NCBI GenBank assembly: GCA_951406725.2 | Contig: OX597828.1 | Coordinates: forward strand, 58,590,001 to 58,654,000 | Source: Octopus vulgaris | Lineage: Eukaryota | Length of the DNA stretch: 64,000 nucleotides | Direction: 5' to 3' | Shown: positions 51,585 through 64,000 of the stretch, piece by piece | Layout: every line of letters starts with the position of its first letter | How positions within the stretch are numbered: the first letter of the stretch is position 1 | Made by a program: the position numbers and the translations under genes | Notes under the pieces: generated by a model | Databases searched by the model: none | Seen by the model: only the letters and a program-made list of their open reading frames with translations | What the model was told of the DNA's origin: nothing

Positions 51585-52663
51585 TCCACTCCTCATAGCA
51601 AGTTCACTGTACCGCTTTCATTTTTTTCTATATTTTTTCAAGTCTTACCAACGCAGAGCTACTATATTATTGCCTGTGTATATATATATATATATTATGG
51701 AGATGTACTTGCATAGCGAGTGACTTGATCTGAGATCGTGTGCTGGAATGAAAACAATTGCAGTGTGGAAGATGTTTATAAGCCATTTAAGAAACACACA
51801 AAACCGTTAGATTCACTTCAACATTTAAATATACTTTGTCAAAATATTTTCATCGCTTTGAGACCACAACCTGTTCACTGACAAAACTTTGTGCTGGTTT
51901 ATATATATATATATATATATATATAAGTCAGGTGGAGTGTGATGTTGGAGTATTTCCAGAGAAACACTCAACCCGAATACTGGCTATCAACACTTGGGTT
52001 CCAAGTTGAAGTCGGAATTCTTCAGGTGTAGAAAATCCAACTTTCACAATGATTCTATTATCAAGTGGGTTTGCCAAACCGTAAGTAGTCCAATCAAGAT
52101 AAGGAAAATTCTTTATCACATCTTTAATTATAAGTTACAATTGCATCCACATCATCTTAATTTGCAATGCCAGTTTACGTGAAAATTCTAAATGGAAAAT
52201 CACATAATATTTGCGGTTTTAGGCATTTGAGTGACACTTCATCAGACTTGCATCAAAGATGTGCTATTACATTGTGCGTCCTTCAGATCTTTTTGTTACG
52301 AAAATATTTATCGGGAGGAAATAACGAAAGAGAAAATTAGCAGAAGATGCAAGTGAAAGAGAAGAAGAAGAAGAAGAGAGGGGACTAACCAATATGGATA
52401 CAATGAGCAGGGATGCATAAAGCAAAACAGTTTATTTCATCATATGCTGGTGGTGGGTCAATCAGTACAAGCAGAACCATTGTTACTGAAATTCATCTGA
52501 TGGGAGAAAAAGTATTTGGCCACCAAAAGAGAGTTAGCCTGCAACAACTGAAAGGGCAAAAAAATCTGTAAGATAGATCACTAGATCAATAATTCCCAAC
52601 TGGTATGCTGCGGCACCCCAGGGTGTTGCGAGATCAACAGAGGGATGCCACGAAATATACATA

Positions 52664-53175
52664 CCGTAAATCCTCGAGTATAATCCGCATTTTTTTCTCA
52701 AAATTTAAAGGTCAAATTCCCTAGTGCGTACTATATACGAGGTTAAAAATGAAAATTATTTTCTAAGCAATGTCCGAGTCTCTATTTGCTGCCCGGCAAT
52801 GTTTATTCAGATGCAGTTTGTGATGTTGGGCACAAAAATACCTTAAGCTAAGCCTGAAAGCAATGAAGTCATAAAAGAATCATCCATAACTTGCAATAAG
52901 CAACATTTATTAAATGTTATTACTGCTATTTCTTTATTTTCTGCAAACAAAATGCACAAAAAAAGCTACAAGTTTGCATTATGTAATATATACAATAATA
53001 AAGGACATTACCATATACATTTTTACAAACCAAGGACATTATATAGACCTCCTTGACTCAAGTTAGAGAGGGGGGGTGCGTATTATACACAAGGTTAAGG
53101 TTTTTCAGAGGTACAGCCCCCTAAAAATCCCCTGCATATTATACTCAAGGGCGGACTATACTTGAGGATTTACGG
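52664..53175. mobile_element. Tigger/pogo-type MITE (~510 bp)
   Basis: TA|CCGTAAATCCTCGAGTATA...TATACTTGAGGATTTACGG|TA; nested in a degenerate hAT-like element at ~52587-53780. Confidence 0.85.
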
Positions 53176-53399
53176 TACGTATGTGGCATCATGATTGATC
53201 ACTTATAGTCAAAATTACATTTTGATACTATTTTAACAATAAATATTATTGTCATATTTTGTATTGTCTGTCACGTTTTTGTATTGTCATCTATTTTATG
53301 TTTATTATATCAACATTGGTGAAATAAAGAAAATTTTTTATTATCAATTCCTGGGATATAGTTTTTGTACACAGATGTTATTATCCAGAGACAAAATAT

Positions 53400-53709
53400 G
53401 GATCTTTTCACTTTGACCGGCAGATTTTTAAAATAATTTCTTTGTAACTAAACACTTTTAAACCGCAAATAATTGTTGTTGACAAAGATTCGGAGAAATT
53501 GTACTCACCTCAACAGACGTCATTGATTGGTTGAAATTGCCGAAATGCAAGAAATTAAACAACAAATTGCTTACAAACTACAGAATTTTCTCAAGAAAGC
53601 CAAGAGAAAAAGATGTTTTATAAACATATTCTACCAGTATACGAAGTTTAAAAGTGTTTAGTTACAAAGAAATTATTTTAAAAATCTGCCGGTCAAAGCG
53701 AAAAGATCC
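53400..53709. mobile_element. TIR MITE, same family as 55919
   Basis: Long TIRs GGATCTTTTCACTTTGACCGGCAGATTTTTAAAATAATTTC... and their reverse complement. Confidence 0.8.
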
Positions 53710-54092
53710 CAAAGTTTTGTGCTGTGGATTTCTGAAAGGCTTGGCAAGGGTACCTCAAGGTAGAAAAGGTTGGGATACTGTGAACTAGACAATCGTCCAG
53801 AATCAAATAATGAGCATATTTATGATGGGGAGACCTAATTTGTGACCCTGGCGTGTTTCAGCAGGGGAAAGGTACATAAATAGGAACAGAAAAAGACGAA
53901 GAGATAGAAGAGGAGGAGAAGCTCTAAAAGGGACAGTAAAAACCTAAAAACTGGAGCAGAAAGTAATTAGGGTTTAACATGATCAAAAAGAGGTCAGGAG
54001 GATTCTAAACTATACAAGTTAAACATGTATGACTAAAATGAAAAAATAAAATGAAATGTTTGGAAGGAATACTACATAGTACACATATACAC

Positions 54093-54138
<46 letters not shown>

Positions 54139-55092
54139 CAAAGTGGAGTTGTGGGGTACCGCACGAGTGGAATTATATACGAAAGAAGGTTTGAAAATGC
54201 AATTTAAAAGATGTTTATTTACTTTACCAGTTTCACTCTTTAGAAAAAGATTGTCAAAAGTAACATGTAGAAGTTTGGTTGCGTTAATTATTGGTTGTTG
54301 CAAATTGCTACATTACATATATACAGTCTTTGGTAACAAGGACATATTAAGGACATAAAAAAGTTCAACAAGTTCCTTAAAATATTGGGCATAAAAGATT
54401 ACTACATAAATGATAGTTCTCAAGGACATGCTTAAGAAAGTTTCCAGAAGGAATTGATATTGGTATTGTAAACTTAGATAAACTTAGATATGTTTCGACC
54501 AAAGATTAGTCCAGGCCATGTCTAACTTAATAGCACCACCTGATAGGATTATTTGAATCCTGTTTAAGTCGAGTTTTGTTTATCTGTATATTCAAACATG
54601 TACAGAATATTGGTTGACACAGAGTACTATAATCCATATAAATATACATTCTTTGGTGACAAGAGTATGTTGAGAATATAAAAAAGTTTAACAAGCTCAT
54701 TGAAATAATGGGCACAAAAGATTACAACAAATATATAATAGATCTCAAGATAATTTCCAGGAGGAATTATTAAAAAAGTTCAGTATACACGTACAGAATA
54801 TTATGAGTTCAAAAAGATTTACATTATAATAGTGGTGAAGCTAAAACTGACCTGTCCTTTTTAGGAGGAGAAATGTGGAACTGAAAAGAATTTACCCTTT
54901 TTTCTTTTTTTGTCTCTGCTTCAAGCATCAATGATTTTGGAGTCAGGATGGGGTGAGTGTGTGTGTCTTTGTGTGTGTGTGTGTGTGTGTGTGTGCGTGC
55001 ATACATACATATGTGGTGTGAATAGATGTGTCTGTAAGATCTGGTAGGATGGTGTGTCCGTTTGTCAACGGCGTGTGTGGTTGTCTTGGTGT

Positions 55093-55123
<31 letters not shown>

Positions 55124-55160
55124 GTGTGGATGGCATTTGGCATGGTGCTGTGTGTGTATA

Positions 55161-55562
55161 TGTGTGTCTGTATGGAGGTGAGATTGGTGTGTGTGTGCAT
55201 ATACATGTATACATGTGTTTGTGTGTGTATGGGGGACTGTTTTTGATTGGTTCCAGGGTGGTGTAAATAGATGTGTGTTATTTAAAGAATTTTTGGGGGT
55301 AGGATGGTGTGTGTATATGTGTGCTCCTTTGTGTGTGTGTGTATGCGTGTGGTTAATGTTTATTAGTGTGTATGTGTTTGTTCGCATGTGTGTCCATGTC
55401 TGTTGGGTGTATCCGTGTGGCATGCGTGTATATGCGTCCTGCGTGTGTTGGTATTGAGTATGTGCTTGTGTGTGTGCGTACACACGGTGTGGGTGCACGC
55501 GTCTTTGTGTGTGTATATACATGCATACATGTGTCTACGCATGTGTGCTGGCCATACATACA

Positions 55563-55627
<65 letters not shown>

Positions 55628-55760
55628 AAATTCTTTAAATAACACACATCTATTTACACCACCCTGGAACCAATCAAAAACAGCCCCCACACACACAAAC
55701 ACATGTATACATGTATATGCACACACACTCACACCAATCTCACCTCCATACAGACACACA
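55161..55760. repeat. ~135-bp inverted duplication in (TG)/(TA) microsatellite terrain
   Basis: 55161-55294 versus 55627-55760. Confidence 0.85.
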
Positions 55761-55999
55761 TGACTATATTAAAGGGTCCACAGATGAAGGAGCAGAGAAT
55801 TGTCACCATTAGATTCATGGACATTGAACATGTGTACGTGTGTGTATGCATGCACACGTGCGTGTGTATGAGAAAATGGAAAACAGGAACTGAAAGAAGC
55901 TGTGTGCGTGTGTGTGTGGGATCTTTTCGGTTTGAATGGCAGTTTTTAAAAATAATTTCCACGTAACTAAACACTTTTAAACTTCGTATACTGGTAGAA

Positions 56000-57926
56000 T
56001 CTCTTATTATAAAAGGCAGATTTTATCTGCCTCCCTTTGTCTCTTATAGAAATCTACAATATAGGATTTCTTCAATTACAATTTACCTAGCATTTTTAAG
56101 AGTAGAATAAATCGGGTCGTGCCAGGTCCAGTTTTTAAAATTTCAACCCCAATTAAGCAAAATTTAGAGAAAACTCACATTGTGGTGTGTTAGTCAAGTG
56201 CTTTTCTTAGTGTGGGCTACAGCACACGCACACACACACACACAAAAATGGAGCGATCTGCTTCACTGATGTTATCACCCTAATTTCTCCTCCTGTCTCT
56301 TTGCAAGTGTGCAACGATTAAAGTGAAAGTAATTCACTTTTTGTAGTGAGTGACTCTTTCACTCTGCATTCCCACTTCCTCTTTACACACATAGACACGC
56401 AAATATATAAATAAAATTGTAAGCTAACGTGTGTGTGTGTGTGTGTGCGTGTGTGTGTGTGTGTGCGTGTGTGTGTGTGTGAGGGTGCGTGTGTGTGTGT
56501 GCGTGTGTGTGTGAGGGTGCGTGTGTGTGTGTGCGTGTGTGTGAGTGTGTGACAGGAAAGTTTTTAGGATGAATATAAGACCTAAAGTATATCCAAGTAG
56601 CAGAAAGATCGCCCAAAAGTGTATATAGATATTTAAATGTATTTATATATTCATCTATACACAGATGTATGTATAATGTGTGTGTATATATTTCCATAGA
56701 GGTAACCTTTCACTCCATACAAAGTTTTTTAGGACGAAAATAAGATCTAAAGTTATCTCTAAGAAACAGAAAGATCGCCCAAAAGTGTATATAGATATTT
56801 AAATGTATTTATATATTCATCTATACACAGATGTATGTATAATGTGTGTGTATATATTTCCATAGACGTAACCATTCACTCCGCACAAAGTTTTTTAGGA
56901 CGAAAATAAGATCTAAAGTTATCTCTAAGAAACAGAAAGATCGCCCAAAAGTGTATATAGATATTTAAATGTATTCATATATTCATCTATACACACATGT
57001 ATGTATAATGTGCGTGTATATATTTCCATAGAGGTAACCATTCAATCCATACAAAGTTTTTTAGGACGAAAATATTTATATATAAAAGAAAGGTTGTGTG
57101 TCTGTCTACTCCGATTTAGATTCCTAACTACTCCCACATTTTGCGATGCAGTTTAACCAAAACCGGGTATCTTATAGTCGTGATTCATATCGAGCCCTTT
57201 TGGGTATTAGCACGCGTCTACGATGAGTCTACGATTTTACAAATAATTTACCATCATTTTTTCCATTTTAATGCATATTTTTTTAAATAAAGGGAAGTAA
57301 CTCTCAAACTTCACACCAATATGCGTGCTAATATGCGACGTAATATCATATCAGCAGCATTTCCTCACACCCTCCTTGCACTTGGCGAAGGCAAAATACC
57401 AGGGGATGAAAATGGTAATATTGCCATCGATTCCATTTGTAACATTGTTAAGACGCCTTCTGATCTCAGAGATGCAGTGTTCCCAGATCTACAAGCTAAT
57501 TATCAGAATATGGATTGGATTGGCAAAAAGGCTATACTGGCCCCGAGGAATAAAACTGTTCACCATATTAATGATGAAATGCTATTAATGATGAAACTCA
57601 TTCCTGGGGAAGTCTATGTATATCAGTCTATCGATACAACTCCTGACCCAGAGGACGTCATCAACTATCCAATAGAGGTACTCAATTCCTTTGAGCACCC
57701 CGGACTACCACCACACTTTCTCAAACTTAAAGTTGGTGCCCCTATAATGCTCATCAGAAATTTGGTTCCCCCAAAACAATGCAATGGCACACGTTTGATC
57801 GTTAAGTTCTTATTCCCACCGTAAACTTATATCAATATTTGCCTGAATAATCATCATAATTCAGTGCAATCATTAACAGTACTTTCAAGCAATTCAGCCC
57901 CGAGCAACGCCGGGCAATTCTGCTAG
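56000..57926 (+). mobile_element. Composite non-autonomous Helitron with PIF1-helicase fragment
   Basis: A|TC 5' end; 3' hairpin (CCCG/AGCAACGC/CGGG) followed by CTAG|T; no TSD. ORF 57321..57824 (AILAPRN, GLPPHFLKLKVGAPIMLIRNL, CNGTRLIV) is Helitron PIF1. The empty site ggtagaa|tatgttt is seen in the related MITE near 53625. Confidence 0.92.
56557..57073 (+). repeat. Minisatellite, ~166 bp x 3, inside the Helitron
   Basis: Unit starts AAAGTTTTTTAGG at 56557, 56721, 56887 and 57053. Confidence 0.9.
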
Positions 57927-59000
57927 TGTGTTTATAAAACATCTTTTACTCTTGGCTTTATTGAGAAAATTCTATAGTTTGTAAGATATTTGTTGTTTTT
58001 TTTTCTTCAATTTCTACCATTTCAACCAATCAATGACGTCTATTGAGGTGAAAACATTCTGTGCTGTATGAATATGTCCCTCGTTTAAGAAATAGATTGG
58101 GTTTATTTACATTTCTGAAGAAAAAAAAGATACCCTTTCCCCCACCCCTAACCCTAACCCTAAAACAGATTGAAATGCAATAGATCGATACTAGGGTCAT
58201 AATTATGGGTGACAATTTCATATGACACCGCTAGAAAAAACTGCCGTTCAAACCGAAAAGATCCTGTGTGCGCGCATGTATCTGTGAGAGAAGGAGAAAG
58301 AGAGAGAGAGAAAGAAAAAATTAGAAAGCAAAGGAATAAATAAAGTAAATATACAGGAAATATCATTTCTCTTCCAATCAGTGACCTAATAGTAAAATAT
58401 CGATGTCGATTTGAATCAGTCAGCAGACATTGATACAGTTGGAGTGTGACTGCACCCAGATTTGACCGTGTAACGTGGGTGAACTAAAAGCAGAACCAAT
58501 TATAGATATATAAACCAAGGTTGATCGTATCTCAATAATGAGGACTTTTTCTTTATCAACTCAAAGTTGTAAGTTATGGCGGAAGCTATGTAGGACTGCT
58601 GCTGCTGCTGCTGCTGTCACTGTTATTGTTATTGTAATTCCTATTGTTTCACCGTGTAGGTTATCTTTGATCGAATAGACTTCTGGTCTCTGACTTTCCA
58701 GCTCATGACCACCACCAATTAACTTATCCGGAAGACTAATTTTTTTTTTTTTTGAAATGTTTGGATATGGTCTGAGGAGGATTGGTTGATATTTCTAGTA
58801 GTTAGAGGAAACAAGGAGTGCATTCATGGGCAAACTGCAGTTTGTGGAACTTTCTGAATGGCACATCTAATTTTATGAAGAAAATAATGTATTTTTAGTA
58901 GTGTGGCCCACTTGATAATAAGCTGTGTCTCATGCAGCCTGTTTCTTAAAATAGTGGCCCATACTCAATACAAAGGCAACCATCAATAGCTCAGAAGTTA

Positions 59001-59887
59001 TGAGGCAGTTTCAAAACGTTTCTGGACAAGTTATGCTTAATAAAATAATTTATTTACCTAAGTTTTAACATCATCTTCAAAATAGTCACCAGGCCCAGCA
59101 TTCCTACCACTTTTGGAATCCAGCTCGGAAGTTGTTTTCGGTAAGCGAGTTGAGGATCTTCTGTGATTTGTTCTTGATTTCAACAATGGTGTTAAAATGG
59201 TGACCCTTGAGCAGCATTTTCAACTTTGAGAAGTCTGCAGGTACTAAATCTGGTGAATAGATGGGGTGGGTGCGAAAGTGATCCAATGTTGCTTTTGGTG
59301 AGAATCTCGCAAGTGAGGAGAGCTTGGTGACTGGGCACATTGTCATCGGGAAGAATCCAATTCTTTGCGCTCCATAGATCCAATTGTTTTTGCCAAATGT
59401 TCTCTCTCAAATGCTTCAAAACATTGATCGTCTTCCAACAGTCTTCATACACAAGCTGATGAATTTTCTCCATATTTCTAGGATGTGACGCTTGCGGCAG
59501 GTCGTCCAGATCGATCATCGTCTTCCAGGGATGTTCTTCCACTTTTGAAGCATCTGTGCCACTCAAAGCATTGCATACAACCCATTGCCTTGTCACTGTA
59601 AGCTTGCCAAAGCATGCTAAATGTCTCTGTAGAAAATTTCTCTAGTTTAATGCAAAATTTCACGTTGGCTCTTTGTTCCAACTTCCTGTCCATGACAAAA
59701 TTGCAGACTACAGCGTACACATGATCACAAAAACACAAATTTCACAACTTGCAAAGTAAACATGGCATTATCACTTGGCACACTGCCTCGTTAAGGTCAC
59801 TGCTAGCTCTCACTGTGCACAAAACCATGTGCTGCCATCTGTTGGCATGCTACAGAACTAGTCCAGGTACTTTTTGATACCACATTG
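59001..59887 (-). mobile_element. Internally deleted mariner transposon
   Basis: Translated pieces MDRKLEQRANVKFCIKL...EDDDRSGRP, WILPDDNVPSH and HPIYSPDLVPADF; degenerate TIRs. Confidence 0.85.
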
Positions 59888-60337
59888 TAATAGTTTAGTT
59901 GTGGTGATCCTGTCTTCTCTTTCCTCATTTTATCATTTCATTTAGTCCAGTTCTTTTATACCAGTAATGTCTTTGAGGAAAAAATATTAATGTTACGAGT
60001 CCCATTTATCAATTCCATCCTAACTTTATGCACCCTACAACCTCAGTTTTCATTATTCCAGTTGTGACCTTGCCAGCTCTCTTTACTACCAAGTATTTGT
60101 GTTTTTATTTGAATGAAGAAATTTCATTTTATTTGTACCATTCCTGATTTTAGAGCCCTGGGTGATGGCCTAATTTGCCTCATGCATAACACCGGCCCTG
60201 GTGTCCAATATTGTGTCCAATATTCAAATCACTAAAACTAATCCACAACCCTCTTGTCAGTTCTGATCAAACAGACCTATGATCAAAAGCGTTCCAGTTG
60301 TGACCATCTTGTCTTTTTGTATAACTATGTTAACAAT

Positions 60338-60646
60338 ATGAGGTGCAATGGCCCAGTGGTTAGGGCAGCGGAATCGCGGTCGCAGGATCGCGGTTTCGAT
60401 TCCCAGACCGGGAGTTGTGTGTGTTTATTGAGCGAAAACACCTAAAAGCTCCACAAGGCTCCGGCAGGGGGTGGTGGCGACCCCTGTTGTACTCTTTTGC
60501 CCCAACTTTCTCTCACTCTCTCTTCCTGTTTCTTGAGTAACGCTGTGATGGACTAGCATCCCGTCCAGCTGGGGGGAACACATACGCCACAGAAACCAGG
60601 AAACCGGGCCCATGAGCCTGGCTAAGGGCAAAAATAAATAAATAAA
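60338..60646 (+). mobile_element. Young tRNA-derived SINE with target-site duplication
   Basis: A box TGGCCCAGTGG, B box GGTTTCGATTCC, CpG-rich body, (AAAT)n tail; 11-bp TSD ATGTTAACAAT at 60327-60337 and 60647-60657. Confidence 0.88.
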
Positions 60647-61034
60647 ATGTTAACAATGTGCAATGTGTACTTCCTTTTTAAGATGGTAGAACTCGATTTG
60701 AAGGATATTTGAGCGCTATTTCTTGTAGGTTGACTGACAGCATAAAGGTGTCCTTACTGGCTTTGTTGATACAAGACAAGATCACAAATCTGGTCAAAAT
60801 CTGTTATCATCAATGAAAGACTGAGAGGTAGAATTAACAATCATGGGATTTGTACTCAGAACTCAACTAAATTTGGCAAAGTGTTGTTTCAGTCATAACC
60901 AATTCCACCAGTGGATTTCCTGTAATAATGACTGCTTCTTAGAAATATTTTCCTTGTCACCATTTAACACCAGCCAGTTTGAAAGTAAAATATTATCAGT
61001 TATTTAAAGTAGTGTTATTTTGCAACCAGAAGGT

Positions 61035-61376
61035 TGTTGAGACCCCCTTCAGTCATGACTGACCATGGGATTGCACCTAGAAAGTTACCCTCCCAGGCAT
61101 AAGTCTGGGCAAGGTTGTTTACGGAAGACCAGCAGTCACCCATGCATACCGGCCTCCCCTCTCCTTGCCACCAGTGTTATCCAAGGGAAAGGCAAAGGGG
61201 CCGATACAGCTTGGCACCAGTGACGTTGCAACTCATTTCTACAGCTGAGTGAAATAGGGCGACGTGAATTAAAGTGCCTAGCTCAAGAACACAACACGCA
61301 GCCCTGTCCGGGATTTGAACTCACAACCTCACGATCGTAAGTTTGACGCTCTAACCACTGAGCCATGCGCCTTCAC
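61035..61376 (-). mobile_element. tRNA-derived CORE-type SINE (fourth family)
   Basis: TGGCTCAGTGGTTAGAGCG...GAGTTCAAATCCC head and TTGTGTTCTTGAGCTAGGCACTTTA core; a related core with a different tail lies at 62155-62395(-). Confidence 0.8.
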
Positions 61377-61862
61377 AACCACGAGGCATCTAGTCAGGAA
61401 TCCAGGAGGTAAAAAAAGTCACTGAATAAAGAGTCATGGAAAAACATTACAAAAAATGTCTCGAGCAAAAAGAAACGATAGGAAAAAACGTGAATGGACT
61501 GTGGCAGAGTTTGTTGGTGGCTTCAGCTGGAATATCCATCTTAGTCATCAACATAAAAAATGCTGAATATGCATATAATGGCATGATACCATATAAGGTA
61601 TTTCCAATCTGTACATGTCATGTATTGTCAATAAATGACTGACTTGAGTTTTTTTTGTTTCACTGTCTTACTTTTCTTAAGAAATTGAATAAAAAGCAGG
61701 AGTTTTTGTTTTGTTTTCACATAAAGGCACTGGTGTGGCTGTGTGGTAAGAAGTTTGCTTCCTAGCCACATGGTTTCAGGTTCAGTTGCACTGTGCAGCA
61801 TCTCAGGCTGACCAAAACTTCATGAATGGATTTGGTAGAGTGAAACCAAAAGAAGCCTGTTG

Positions 61863-61928
<66 letters not shown>

Positions 61929-62953
61929 TTCCTCACCACTGCTTGACAACTGGTGTTGGTGTGTTTATGTCCTCATAACTTAGCAGTTCAGCAAAAAGAG
62001 ACTGAGAGAATAAGTACCAGGCTTAATATAAAGTAAGTATTGGAGCTGATCCATTCAGCTAAAATTCTTCGAGGCAGTGACCCAGCATGGATGCACTGAA
62101 ACCAGTAAATGATAAAGGACCCTAAAATATGTGAGATGACATCATATAAAAAAAAGGAGCACTCCGTCGGTTACGACGACGAGGGTCCCAGCTAATACAA
62201 TCAACGGAACAGCCTGCTCATGGAATTAACGTGCAAGTGGCTGAGTATTCCACAGACACGTGTACCCTTAACGTAGTTCACAAGGAGATTCAGCGTGACA
62301 CAGAGTGTGACAAAGCTGGCCCTTTGAAATACAGCTACTACTCATTTTTGCCAGCTGAGTGGACTGAAGTAACGTGAAATAAAGTGTCTTGCTCATCATT
62401 TACAAGACATCATGATCCAAATGCTCATCATATATAAGACATCATATACAATTTAGGTACAAGTCATATGCACTCACTCTTTTACTTGTTTCAGTCATGT
62501 GACTGTGGCCATGCTGGAGCACCGCCTTTAGTTGAGCAAATCGACTCCAGGACTCATTCTCTGCAAGCCCAGTACATATTCTATCGGTCTCTTTTGCCAA
62601 ACCGCTAAGTGACGGGGACGTAAACACACCAGCATCGGTTGTCAAGCGATGTTGGGGGGACAAACACAGACACACAAACATATACACACTCACATACATA
62701 TATAAGACGGGCTACTTTCAGCTTCCATCTACCAAATCCACTCACAAGGCTTTGGTCACTAGTCTAGAGGCCTAAATCTCATCTATCTACATTGTGGCTC
62801 ACTATCAACAAATACTACAGGGTCCAGTGCTCTGATTTTGCTTGGTGGGGGCCTATGGTTCTGCATAGATGGTCCTGGTGGAGTGTAGCTGTAATTTAAA
62901 GGTACAACCTTGTTAACACTGTATCATGCTGATTCAGAATTACATTGAAGTTA

Positions 62954-63454
62954 CCGTAAATCCTCAAGTATAATCTGCATTTTTTTCCCAAAATTTAATG
63001 GTCAAAATCTCTAGTACGAGGTTAAAAATGAGAATTATTTTCTAAGCAATGTCTGAGTCTCTATTTGCTGTCCAGCAATGTTTATTCAGATGCATTTTGT
63101 GATGTTGAGCACGAAAATACCTTAAGCTAAGCCTGAAAGCAATGAAGTCATAAAAGAATCATCCATAATTTGCAATAAGCAACATTTATTAAACGTTATT
63201 ACTGTTATTTCTTTATTTTCTACAAACAAAATGCACAAAAAAGCTACACATTTGCATTATGTAATATATACAATAATAATAAAGTACGATGCCGTATACA
63301 TTTTTACAAACCAAGGACATTATATAGACCTCCTTGACTCAAGTTATAGAAGGGGTGCGTATTTTACGCAAGGTTTAGGTTTTTCAGAGGTACAGCCCCC
63401 TAAAAATCCCCTGCGTATTATACTCAAGGGTGGACTATACTCGAGGATTTACGG
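62954..63454. mobile_element. Second copy of the Tigger/pogo-type MITE
   Basis: Same TIRs and internal sequence as 52664-53175; TA flanks. Confidence 0.85.
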
Positions 63455-63822
63455 TATTTACATTGTGGAATATTCAGTCACTTGCATGCTGATTCAATGA
63501 ACAAGTAGTTCAGCTGATTGAATAACGAAATATTGTTCATCATCAAAGCCAACAGCAATCCAGTTTCATTTTGTAGAGAAGAAGAATGAAAAAATATCAC
63601 AATGCGGAAAGAAGGTGGAAATATATTTATTTGATAGTGAAAAATTGTTTATTTTACAGTTAAAACCTTAAGAGAAACAAACCAATAAGTCGTATCATTA
63701 CCCACTTATGTATTATGGGTTTGTTGACTATTGTATCTTTTCTGGAGAACACTGTAAATATTTCGTTTTTGGATTTGGTTTGCAAGATTCTTTATATGAG
63801 TTCGTGTGTTGAAGCATATTCT

Positions 63823-64000
63823 GTTGTGTCTGGGGAGAGTCATTTTCTTTTTGTGCCTTATAATATAAACTATTGAAAAGGTTGCAAGATGCAACGAAAA
63901 TTTTAGGAAAATAAAAGTAAGAAAAAAAGTGGAAATTTTACCGGTGGGTGTATTATATTATAAGGCACAAAAAGAAAATGACTCTCCCCAGACACAACTG
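63823..64000. repeat. Inverted repeat at window end (PLE pseudo-LTR-like)
   Basis: GTTGTGTCTGGGGAGAGTCATTTTCTTTTTGTGCCTTATAATATAA and its reverse complement at 63953-63998. Confidence 0.7.

Larger units (their letters stand above)
55919..58264. mobile_element. TIR MITE (GGATCTTTTC... termini) hosting the Helitron
   Basis: GGATCTTTTCGGTTTGAATGGCAG / CTGCCGTTCAAACCGAAAAGATCC; uninterrupted relative at 53400-53709. Confidence 0.8.

Noticed and set aside
52205-52255. Minus-strand CTGATGA...AAAAC hammerhead candidate (also CTGATGA at 19558, 31623 and 51123)
   Set aside because: No proper stem II or NUH/stem I; consistent with chance.
54824-55974. Cluster of long His/Thr- or Cys/Val-rich ORFs
   Set aside because: These are translations of (CA)/(TG)/(TA) microsatellites; the same applies to ORFs at 43802-44336, 37932-38157 and 56383-56697.
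57321-57824. Host PIF1 helicase gene
   Set aside because: A fragment bounded by Helitron termini; transposon-derived.
58146-58163. (CCCTAA)3 telomeric repeat
   Set aside because: Only three units, inside a MITE; not evidence of a telomere or fusion site.

Overview
AT-rich, repeat-dense animal genomic DNA. The SINE/LINE repertoire is typical of an octopus (coleoid cephalopod); this is an inference. It is not prokaryotic, and most listed ORFs are microsatellite or repeat noise. One real protein-coding gene was reconstructed by hand on the minus strand: 8 coding exons from ATG 13884 to 1197, 507 codons, continuing past the left edge. It encodes a protein with two PWWP domains (PWWP3A/MUM1-like C-terminal PWWP) whose intron positions mirror each other. 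A possible first exon/promoter lies near 39.8 kb. The rest is transposon-derived: a full-length but dead mariner; other Tc1/mariner, pogo, piggyBac, Chapaev3-like and Helitron pieces; RTE, CR1, R4/Dong and Penelope retroelement relics; several tRNA-derived SINE families; and an RPB11 (POLR2J) processed pseudogene. The most interesting non-obvious signal is about ten type I hammerhead-ribozyme-like motifs, several with intact cores. These include a repeated element joining a tRNA-like Pol III head, an (AAT)n tract and a hammerhead next to a Penelope GIY-YIG relic (42.4-44.7 kb), and a structured retrozyme-like unit at about 49.9 kb. All calls come from reading the sequence by eye; no searches or folding programs were run.
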